A DNA stretch of 63,170 nucleotides from Deltaproteobacteria bacterium (GTDB lineage Bacteria > Desulfobacterota > Binatia > Binatales > Binataceae): NCBI GenBank assembly GCA_003135855.1, contig PNBD01000040.1:1-63170 (forward strand), in the 5' to 3' direction. The notes beneath the pieces are model-generated. The model worked only from the letters and a program-made list of their open reading frames with translations. It was not told where the DNA came from and searched no databases. Position numbers and translations under genes: made by a program. Below, piece after piece: positions 55,872-63,170 of the stretch (the first letter of the stretch is position 1; each line of letters starts with the position of its first letter).

Positions 55872-55890
55872 CGATCGAGACTTGGCTCTT

Positions 55891-56103
55891 CTAAATGTCG
55901 CGCGCGGAATTCTTCTTGCGCGACTTGAAATACACCCGGATGAGCGGCAGCGCCGCCGCGGTTGCACCGACCAGGCCGAGAATCAGAGAAGGATTCTCCG
56001 GTGAAACAACGCATCCGTCGAAAGCGAGGGCGTTTGACGCGATAAAAACTCCAACTACGAGACCAGCGAAGGCTATCGCGAGTGCTGACGCCTTTCCTAG
56101 CAT
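55891..56103 (-). CDS. 70-aa protein made only of a signal peptide and a PEP-CTERM-like sorting signal
   Basis: ATG 56103 is preceded by GGGGG 7 nt upstream. The sequence is MLGKASALAIAFAGLVVGVFIASNALA | FDGCVVS | PENPS | LILGLVGATAAALPLI | RVYFKSRKKNSARDI. The stop lies 19 nt upstream of the exosortase start. Confidence 0.65.
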   Translation of the reverse strand: MLGKASALAIAFAGLVVGVFIASNALAFDGCVVSPENPSLILGLVGATAAALPLIRVYFKSRKKNSARDI

Positions 56104-56343
56104 AAATCGCCCCCAAACGTGTTTAAGCACTTTATTACGTGTAATCGCTAGCAAATCGAGCCTAATTAAGTAGCGAACAATTCATGGCTGCGCAAGCCAT
56201 TTTCGCGATGAAAAATGACCCGGAACGATGATTAGGCATGCTTTTCTTTCTTTTTTGGGCGCATCCCCGGCGCATTCGGACGGTTGATGGTAAGATTAAG
56301 AGATGCCGGATGTTCTTCGAGGAATGGAACGCAAAAGGGGTAA

Positions 56344-56664
56344 ATGTCCATGCTGAAACGAACCGCAATTCGTCGATTGCTGAAGGGCGTCGTGCTGAGC
56401 GTCCTGATGACGGGAACGGCCTCCGCTTTGAGAAGTGAAAAAGATTTGCCGGAAGCCAACGTAACGCCAGTGCAAGCGCGCGAAATCGCGCAGAAAGTAT
56501 ATCCGGGCAAGATCGTCTCGCAGAAACTCGAGGAGGAGTCCGGCGGCAGCGGACTGCGCTACTCTTTTGTCATCGGCAATGAAGAGGCGAAGCACGAGGT
56601 GGGTATCGATGCCAAGACCGGGGCGGTGCTGGAAAATTCCGTCGAGGGGGCGAATCCCGACTGA
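56344..56664 (+). CDS. PepSY domain protein
   Basis: 106 aa with a signal peptide. 'VTPVQAREIAQKVYPGKIVSQKLEEE...YSFVI...EVGIDAKTGAVLE' is a typical PepSY fold pattern. Confidence 0.7.
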   Translation: MSMLKRTAIRRLLKGVVLSVLMTGTASALRSEKDLPEANVTPVQAREIAQKVYPGKIVSQKLEEESGGSGLRYSFVIGNEEAKHEVGIDAKTGAVLENSVEGANPD

Positions 56665-56808
56665 GAATCCGGCTCTTCAGCCAGCTTCATTTTCAGATTC
56701 CACGCTCGATCGACTGGGGTTCGTTGGTCGACGGACGGCCTCACTTTCTTCATAGCGATGTCGCTTCTTTGCTATGGCGCTTCGAGTTAGCTAGGTTCCT
56801 CGCCCAAC

Positions 56809-57840
56809 ATGGATGTCGCTTTTCCCGCGAGACTGCGGAAATTCAGCTTCGTCGTCATCCTTCTGTTGTTGTTTGGTGGATGCGGTAGCGGAAACGGATC
56901 ATCCCCGGTTCCGCACGCGGCCAAGTTAATTTTCGTCGGCTATTTCTGCTTCGGCGCGCAGCCGTCGAGTGTCCGGATATTCGCCGCCGACGCTAACGGC
57001 AGCGCCGCGCCGCTCGCAATCCTCGGGGGCGATCAAACGGGAATTACCGCGCCTGCCGCCGTCGCCCTGGACAGAATTGATCAGCTCTACGTGGCCAACG
57101 CGGCAAGTTCGAATCCCGCGATTTTGGTGTTCGCGCAAGGCGCCAGCGGCAACGTCGCTCCCATGCGATCGATCAGCGGATCAAACACCGGACTCAACGC
57201 GCCGTTCGGCGTGGTGGTCGATCAGGCAGGCAATATCTTTGTCGCGAATGAGGGCGCGAGCAATGTGCTCAAGTTTGACGCTGCTGCGAGCGGCAATGTG
57301 GCGCCGGTCGCGATCATTGCGGGCGCCAACACGGGATTGGCCGCCCCTCCTTTGGGGCCATTGGAGATCAGCCTGGACATCCGTCAGCGAATTTATGTGA
57401 CCAACGTTCCCAACAACTCGGTTCTGATTTTCGCGCCTGATGCCGACGGCAACGTCGCTCCGATCGCGACGCTGGCTGGCCCCAACACTGGGTTAGACGG
57501 TCCGATCCAGGCGGTCTTCGGTCCGAGCGGCCGTATCTACGTGAGTGACAATACGCACTGCTTTCCGAACTGCACTGGTGCGGAGCCGTTCGCGATCACC
57601 GTCTATAAACGGCACGCGAGTGGAGATGCCGTCCCGGTCAGGACCATTACTGGAAGCAACACGCACCTGTTCCTGCCGGCGGGAATCGCGGTGGACGACA
57701 CGGAGCAGATTTACGCCGCCAATCAAAAAGATAACAGCGTGCAGATTTTCCCTCGCGGCAGCGATGGCAACGTCGCGCCAAGGATTATCGCGGGCTCCAA
57801 TCCGAATGTTTGCGTCGCGCGATCGCTCGCGGTGGACTAA
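56809..57840 (+). CDS. six-bladed beta-propeller lipoprotein (NHL-like)
   Basis: 343 aa with the lipobox-like 'LLFGGC'. It has six repeats containing '[AS].G[ND][VA]AP...I.G.NTGL' followed by 'G.I[FY]V[AST][ND]'. Confidence 0.75.
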   Translation: MDVAFPARLRKFSFVVILLLLFGGCGSGNGSSPVPHAAKLIFVGYFCFGAQPSSVRIFAADANGSAAPLAILGGDQTGITAPAAVALDRIDQLYVANAASSNPAILVFAQGASGNVAPMRSISGSNTGLNAPFGVVVDQAGNIFVANEGASNVLKFDAAASGNVAPVAIIAGANTGLAAPPLGPLEISLDIRQRIYVTNVPNNSVLIFAPDADGNVAPIATLAGPNTGLDGPIQAVFGPSGRIYVSDNTHCFPNCTGAEPFAITVYKRHASGDAVPVRTITGSNTHLFLPAGIAVDDTEQIYAANQKDNSVQIFPRGSDGNVAPRIIAGSNPNVCVARSLAVD

Positions 57841-57851
57841 GTGGTTCATCG

Positions 57852-59486
57852 ATGAGCTGGCAATCTCATCGCGACGCAAAGCATCTCGAAGATGTCCTGC
57901 GCGAGGATCGTGAGATCCTCCACAAACTGGGCTACGCGCAGGAGCTGTACCGCGAGATGGGCGGCTTCTCGAATTTCGCGCTGTCGTTTTCGATTATATC
58001 GATCCTGACTGGAACCGTTCTCCTGTACGGCTACGGGCTGAAGTACGGCGGGCCGGTAATCAACACGGTAGGTTGGCTGCTGGTCAGCTTGTTGGTGTTA
58101 TGCGTCGCGGCTTCGATGGCCGAACTTGCTTCCGCCTACCCGACCGCGGGCGGCCTGTACTATTGGTCCTATAGGATGGGTGGGCGCACGTGGGCCTGGA
58201 GCTGTGCCTGGTTAAACCTGGTTGGGCAAATCACGATAACAGCGGGCATCAACATCGGCGCCGCCGCTTACATGACGGGCCTCGTTACAGAGGCGCTTGC
58301 GATTCCTGCTGCTACCGCGGTGCCGATCCTCGGGCCGGTCAATGGCTGGAACTTCTGGTTGGCAGTGATGGTGCTGCTTACGATCCCGCAGATCGCGATC
58401 AACATTCGCGGAGTAAGACTGGTCGCCGCACTCAGCGATTTCAGCGTCGTGTGGCATATCGCGGGGGTCCTCATACTGGCGCTGCTGCTTACCTTCGCCG
58501 GGCGCTATCACAACGGCTGGCGGTTTCTGTTTTCGACGGCGCATCCCGTGATGCCCGCCGACGGAGTAGCGACCTTTGCGATAGGACCGCTTACCGTGCA
58601 ATCGCTAATGATGAAAATTCCCGGCATGCATGCGCTCTACGGCTCTGGGATCTATGCCTTCAGCTTTATGCTCGGGTTGCTACAAGCTCAGTGGACCTAC
58701 ACCGGTTACGACGCGTCGGCGCACATGGCGGAAGAAACCTACCTTGCACGGATGAACGCGGCGTGGGGTGTCTTTCTGTCGGTCGCGGTGTCGGCGGTGG
58801 TTGGTTACATTGCGCTGCTGGTGCTGACCAGTTCGATCCCGCCGGGCAAGATTGCAGAGACGGTAAACGATCCGTATCCGGTGCTGTTTATTGTTCGCCA
58901 TGCGCTAAGGCCGCTATTCGCCAACACGATCGCGGTGATAATCGCGGTGGCGATGTGGCTATGCGGGTTAGGTTCGATCACATCGATGGCGCGGATGTGC
59001 TTTGCGTTTGCACGCGACCGAGGCTTTCCCGGCGGCGAATTTATCAGTCGGATCTCCCGCTGGCGCACGCCCGCCAACGCGATCGTCGTCACCAGCCTGC
59101 TCGCGATTCTGATCACCTTCTACTCAGCCGCCTACACGGTAGTCACTTCGATCAGCGTAAGCGCGCTCTACCTGGCCTATGGCATCCCGATATTTCTGAA
59201 CTGGCGAAACAAACGCCGACATGACGGCGAGTTCACGACCGCTTCATCGGCGCCGTGGACCTTGGGCAAGCTCGGCTCAGCGATCAATCTGATTTCGGTG
59301 CTGTGGGTGGGTGTCATAACCGTGCTGTTTTCGATTCCGCCGAACGAGCTGGCGGGTCTGACCATGATCGCACTGGCCGCGGTGTTGGTGGCCTACTGGC
59401 AGGTTTCGCAGAAGCATCGATTTCGCGGACCGCAACCTGCGACCGCAGAGGAGATCGCGAAGATCGAGGCGGCATCCTATTCATAA
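57852..59486 (+). CDS. APC-superfamily amino acid permease
   Basis: ORF 57810-59486 with the start at ATG 57852. It has about 12 TM helices and 'ASMAELASAYPTAGGLYYW', the APC signature. Confidence 0.85.
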   Translation: MSWQSHRDAKHLEDVLREDREILHKLGYAQELYREMGGFSNFALSFSIISILTGTVLLYGYGLKYGGPVINTVGWLLVSLLVLCVAASMAELASAYPTAGGLYYWSYRMGGRTWAWSCAWLNLVGQITITAGINIGAAAYMTGLVTEALAIPAATAVPILGPVNGWNFWLAVMVLLTIPQIAINIRGVRLVAALSDFSVVWHIAGVLILALLLTFAGRYHNGWRFLFSTAHPVMPADGVATFAIGPLTVQSLMMKIPGMHALYGSGIYAFSFMLGLLQAQWTYTGYDASAHMAEETYLARMNAAWGVFLSVAVSAVVGYIALLVLTSSIPPGKIAETVNDPYPVLFIVRHALRPLFANTIAVIIAVAMWLCGLGSITSMARMCFAFARDRGFPGGEFISRISRWRTPANAIVVTSLLAILITFYSAAYTVVTSISVSALYLAYGIPIFLNWRNKRRHDGEFTTASSAPWTLGKLGSAINLISVLWVGVITVLFSIPPNELAGLTMIALAAVLVAYWQVSQKHRFRGPQPATAEEIAKIEAASYS

Positions 59487-59896
59487 TACGCGATTTCGAT
59501 CAGGTGCCGATTGGGATCAAAAAAGTAGATGGCTTTCCATGGCCCTTTTGCGCCGTCGGACTCGCCTGGACCGCGCATGTTGCCGACCGCGTCGAACGAG
59601 TCTCCATACTCAATCGCACGCTCGCGGACTCTTTGGAAAACCTGCTCAAACTCGATTCGCGACATGGAAAATGCCAGATGCTCGTTTCCCTTTGTGCCGA
59701 ACGGCGCTAACTGGAGCATGAAGTCCGGCGTCACGCGAATCACCGAGAATGGGGTGCCCTCGCGCTCGCCTTCGTAGGCAAAGCCCAGGACCTGAGTGTA
59801 AAACTCGATGCTCTTGGCACGGTCGTTCACGTTGAGGATCGTGTGATCGAGTTGCGGCGGCATTTGCGAAACCTCCGGCTGCCAAGAATTGCTCAT
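59477..59896 (-). CDS. VOC-family (glyoxalase/bleomycin-resistance/dioxygenase) protein
   Basis: ORF 59477-59935 with the start set at ATG 59896. It has 'LDHTILNVNDRAKSIEFYTQVLGF' and 'YFFDPNRHLIE'. Confidence 0.75.
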   Translation of the reverse strand: MSNSWQPEVSQMPPQLDHTILNVNDRAKSIEFYTQVLGFAYEGEREGTPFSVIRVTPDFMLQLAPFGTKGNEHLAFSMSRIEFEQVFQRVRERAIEYGDSFDAVGNMRGPGESDGAKGPWKAIYFFDPNRHLIEIAYYE

Positions 59897-60042
59897 CCAA
59901 TCGTCGGCTGCGATCGGGCAGCTCATTGGTACCACTTTGCCGCGCGGACTTGCAAAATGCGCTCGACTGGATCGATGATACGAATCGTAATTGTCCGAAT
60001 TGTCCGATCGGTATGTTGAACGCCGCGGAGCCTGAGGTAGAA

Positions 60043-60837
60043 ATGGCTGCGAAAGAGTCGGTTCATGAGGAAACGCACAAGGTCGGCGCCGATCAGCTAA
60101 TCGTCGTCAAGGGCGGATCGGGCAAGCCGGTCCTCGTCTTGCACGAAGAGTTGGGATATCCGGGCTGGATGAAATGGAACGAGGCGCTGAGCGAGCGGCG
60201 CACTCTCCTGACGCCGCTCTACCCCGGCTTCGGGCGCACTCCGCTCGCCAATTGGATCATGAACATCCGCGATCTCGCGAGCTTTTTCGCGCGCTTCGTG
60301 CGCGAGCAGAATCTCGCGCCGATCGACGTGATCGGTTTTTCGCTCGGCGGATGGGTTGCGGCTGAGATGGCGGCGAACGATCCGGGGATCTTTTCGAAAA
60401 TCGTGCTGGTCGCGCCGGTCGGGATCCGTCCGCCGGAGGGCGAGATCAAGGATCTGTTCACGGTGCCGGCGTTGATCTATCTGCGCGAATCGGTGCGCGA
60501 TTTCGCATCGTCGAAGGAATTCGGCGCGCTCTACGATGGTGGTACGTCGCCCGAGCAGTACGAAGCGTTCGAAGATGCACGCGCTGAGACCGCGCGGCTC
60601 GCGTGGCAGCCCTACATGTTCAATCCAAGTTTGCCTCATCTGCTGGAGGGGACCGCGAACAATCCGACTTTGCTGGTGTGGGGCCGCGAGGATCGGGTGG
60701 TGCCGGTTTCGGCGGCGCAGGTTTATCAGAAGTCGATGAAGAACGCGCGCGCAATGGTGCTCGACGGATGCGGTCATCGGCCGGAAGTGGAAAAATCAGA
60801 ACAGTTCATCAAAGAAGTGCAGAATTTTCTCGGATAA
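60043..60837 (+). CDS. alpha/beta hydrolase (C-C bond / meta-cleavage-product hydrolase-like)
   Basis: ORF 59926-60837 with the start at ATG 60043 after GAGG. It has 'VLVLHEELG', the nucleophile elbow 'GFSLGGWVA' and a C-terminal 'CGHRPEVE'. Confidence 0.75.
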   Translation: MAAKESVHEETHKVGADQLIVVKGGSGKPVLVLHEELGYPGWMKWNEALSERRTLLTPLYPGFGRTPLANWIMNIRDLASFFARFVREQNLAPIDVIGFSLGGWVAAEMAANDPGIFSKIVLVAPVGIRPPEGEIKDLFTVPALIYLRESVRDFASSKEFGALYDGGTSPEQYEAFEDARAETARLAWQPYMFNPSLPHLLEGTANNPTLLVWGREDRVVPVSAAQVYQKSMKNARAMVLDGCGHRPEVEKSEQFIKEVQNFLG

Positions 60838-60858
60838 CGAAACGAGCGGAGGCCGGCT

Positions 60859-62202
60859 ATGCATATAATGTGGTTCACCGAACGGCAGTATCATTACGAT
60901 CCCGAAACCGAACCGGAGCGCAGCGCGCTTCTGGAAAACCAGATTCTCCGCAACCGCAGCTTCTTCGGTTTGCCCAATGAGAATTTCGACGCGCAGCAGG
61001 GATCGATGCTGCTCAATGAGTACCTCGACGAAAAGATCTACTCGGAGGATCTCGGCTTCGACGGGCTGATGCTCAATGAGCATCATGGCACGCCGTTTTG
61101 CCTGGGCTCGGTGATGGACGTCGAGGCGGCGGTGCTCGCGAAAGCGACCAAGCGCGCGAAGATCGTGCTGTTGGGCAATCCGGTGCCGACGGTCGCGAAT
61201 GCGCTCAGGCTCGCGGAAGAGCTCGCGATGATCGATCTGATCTCGAAAGGGCGGCTGGTGCCTGGATGGGTGCGTGGCGCAGGCAGCGAGCAGCTCGCGA
61301 ACAACTCCAATCCCGCGTACAACCGCGAGTACTTCGAGGAAGGCGTCGATTTCATCCTGAAGGCATGGACCAAGCCGGGGCCGTTCCGCTACGAGGGCAA
61401 GCATTTTCATTTCCGCTTCGTGAATCCGTGGGTGCTGCCGCTGCAGAAGCCGCATCCGCCGATTTGGATTCCCGGGCTGATCAGTCCCGACACGGTAGTG
61501 TGGTGCGCGAAGAAGCGCTTCCCGTATGTCGCGCTGGCAACCAAGCTCGAGCCGACCGTCGAGATGTGGAATATCTACACCGAGGCGGCGGCGCGCGAAG
61601 GCTATCAGGCAGGGCCGGAAAATTTCGGCTATCTGCAGCCGGTCTTCGTCAGCGACAATCAGCAACGCGCCGAGGAACTCGGCAAACGATTTCTCTACGG
61701 CGGCGCGTTCGCACACTTCGCGCGGCCCGAATGGATGTTCCCGCCGGGATACAACTCGAAGGAGGCGACCCGTCGCCTCGCGCGGCTGCCACTCGCGGCG
61801 AATCTGCCGGGCAAACCGATCCATGAGGGCGGCGGCAACGAGACCGACGCGGAGCTTAAGGAACTTCGCGACGGCGTTTACGCGCGATACGAGGATAGCA
61901 AGCGCGAACTGCAGATGATCGCGGGCACGCCCGATTACGTGATTCCGCGGCTGCGCAAGGTGCTCGAAGTTCTGCGCCCGGGAATTTTCTCGTTCTGGCT
62001 GGACGGGCCGGTCGGCTACAAGGATCGCGTCAAGTGTCTCGAGATGCTGAGCAAGCACGTTATGCCTGCGATGCGCGATATCGGTAAAGAACTGGGCCTC
62101 GTCGATCCGTTCCAACGCGCGCCGGGCTCGGTGCCGCTCGCGTCGGGACGGAAGCCGGAGAGCGTCGCGCATCCGGATGGGCTGGCATCGATGCCGGCAT
62201 AG
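60859..62202 (+). CDS. LLM-class flavin-dependent oxidoreductase
   Basis: 447 aa with 'GFDGLMLNEHHGTPF'. The antisense 512-aa ORF at 60796-62334 is rejected. Confidence 0.8.
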   Translation: MHIMWFTERQYHYDPETEPERSALLENQILRNRSFFGLPNENFDAQQGSMLLNEYLDEKIYSEDLGFDGLMLNEHHGTPFCLGSVMDVEAAVLAKATKRAKIVLLGNPVPTVANALRLAEELAMIDLISKGRLVPGWVRGAGSEQLANNSNPAYNREYFEEGVDFILKAWTKPGPFRYEGKHFHFRFVNPWVLPLQKPHPPIWIPGLISPDTVVWCAKKRFPYVALATKLEPTVEMWNIYTEAAAREGYQAGPENFGYLQPVFVSDNQQRAEELGKRFLYGGAFAHFARPEWMFPPGYNSKEATRRLARLPLAANLPGKPIHEGGGNETDAELKELRDGVYARYEDSKRELQMIAGTPDYVIPRLRKVLEVLRPGIFSFWLDGPVGYKDRVKCLEMLSKHVMPAMRDIGKELGLVDPFQRAPGSVPLASGRKPESVAHPDGLASMPA

Positions 62203-62229
62203 GACGACGCGCCGACATACGGCGAGAGC

Positions 62230-63120
62230 ATGTTCAAGATTGGCAAGCTGTTCCATCTCACTCACGTCGTGAGCGATCTCGACGCGGTGGATAAATGGTA
62301 CGACGACGTGTTCGCGGTCACCCGTTTCTATCACGGGTACGCGAAGGCGGCGGGCCGCGACGCTTCACTGATCGCGATCGGAGATGTGATCATGGAGCCA
62401 ATGACGCCGGCGCGGGTCGCCAATCTTCGCAATCAGTCGGTCAAGAGATTTCACGATCGCTTCGGACAGCATTTCCATTCGATAGCCTGGTACGTCGACG
62501 ACGTTCCAGAAATTTCGACGCACTTGGACAAGCATCAATTGCGTCTGTGGGACGTCGTCGGCAATCGCGTGACGCCGCCGAATGAAAAGTTCGCTGTGTG
62601 GACTCATCCGAAGGAAAGCCACGGCCAGCTCGAGTTCGCGGTGATTGGCAGCAACACGATCGATCCGCGCTTGCAGCCCGCCTGGTCAAGTGAGTTCTGG
62701 CGCGAGCGGCACCCGCTCGGAATCGAGCGGGCCTCGCATCTCACGGCGGTCGTCACGGACGTGTCGGCTGCGAAGCGGTTCTACTCGGAGGTTCTAGGCG
62801 CGAAAGTAATCGATGAGCGGAGCACGCCGATCAAGCAGAGCGCCTTCGTGGCGGTCGGTGAAGATACCGTCGTCGAGCTAGCGCAGCCGATTTCGTCGAA
62901 CACTCCCGAAGCGCGCGACCTTGAAAAAAATGGCGAGGGATTTTTCGCGCTGACATTTAAGACAAGGAACATAAGCAAGGCGGCTGACTTCCTGAGATCG
63001 AAACAGCTGCGCCCCGATCATGATGGAGACGGTTCGATCGTGCTCGGTCAGGATCAGGCCTTCGGCATGACGATCGGATTTACCGAGCGCTCAATCCCGA
63101 ACGATCCACGGGTCAGCTAG
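62230..63120 (+). CDS. two-domain VOC-family protein (extradiol dioxygenase-like)
   Basis: 296 aa with two glyoxalase-like halves: 'FHLTHVVSDLDAVDKWYDDVF' and 'ASHLTAVVTDVSAAKRFYSEVLGA'. Confidence 0.7.
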   Translation: MFKIGKLFHLTHVVSDLDAVDKWYDDVFAVTRFYHGYAKAAGRDASLIAIGDVIMEPMTPARVANLRNQSVKRFHDRFGQHFHSIAWYVDDVPEISTHLDKHQLRLWDVVGNRVTPPNEKFAVWTHPKESHGQLEFAVIGSNTIDPRLQPAWSSEFWRERHPLGIERASHLTAVVTDVSAAKRFYSEVLGAKVIDERSTPIKQSAFVAVGEDTVVELAQPISSNTPEARDLEKNGEGFFALTFKTRNISKAADFLRSKQLRPDHDGDGSIVLGQDQAFGMTIGFTERSIPNDPRVS

Positions 63121-63170
63121 AGCCTGACTGGCGACTCATTACCGCCTGCTTTTCGCGTTTCGTTCTCCTG

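Noticed and set aside
60796-62334. 512-aa minus-strand ORF
   Set aside because: It is antisense to the LLM oxidoreductase gene, which carries the 'LNEHHGTPF' signature. Its composition is Arg-rich low information.
1-63170. Search by eye for tRNA T-arm-like GGTTCGAATCC motifs, rRNA, CRISPR repeat-spacer periodicity, IS inverted repeats and transposases
   Set aside because: Nothing was found. The only regular DNA repeats are the 3x20-bp array at 33124-33183, the 2x14-mer at 16968-17002 and coding repeats inside the propeller and T/P-rich genes.

Overview
High-GC bacterial chromosomal window (roughly 60-70% GC by eye) with about 57 protein-coding genes. I found no rRNA, tRNA, CRISPR array, transposase or integrase. 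Many long ORFs in the six-frame track are antisense artefacts of GC-rich coding DNA. Layout: (1) 0-16.9 kb holds lipid and xenobiotic catabolism genes (two family-III CoA-transferases, a DUF35/thiolase-like pair, LLM, AKR, SDR, epoxide hydrolase), a TetR-HlyD-MFS efflux operon, a GNAT, a beta-lactamase-fold hydrolase and NudC. (2) 17.2-39.5 kb is a large lipid A / LPS-core island. It contains waaA, lpxB, an LpxL-like acyltransferase, a GT9 heptosyltransferase, an LptF/G permease, three Kdo/WaaP-type kinase domains in two unusual proteins, a ParB/Srx-fold protein, two DUF374 genes (one frameshifted), a GnnA/GnnB-like oxidoreductase/aminotransferase pair, a GT2, a LAB_N membrane protein, three ArnT/PMT-like GT-C enzymes and two GT4s. 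(3) 39.6-46.3 kb is a mixed block (esterase, histidine phosphatase, MFS, HAD, methyltransferase, orphan QueC-like gene, BMP lipoprotein). (4) 46.4-57.8 kb is a cell-surface block, which I consider the best candidate for an undescribed system. A minus-strand operon encodes a 70-aa protein made only of a signal peptide and a PEP-CTERM-like signal, then an exosortase, an EpsI-like protein, a 1000-aa lipoprotein with about 13 lactonase-type blades, and a 681-aa NHL propeller. It is flanked by a heparinase II/III-like protein with a Thr/Pro-rich tail and by a third propeller lipoprotein. (5) 57.9-63.2 kb holds an APC permease and a VOC / hydrolase / LLM / VOC cluster. All functional calls rest on motifs I recognised by eye in the translations. 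No database search was run.
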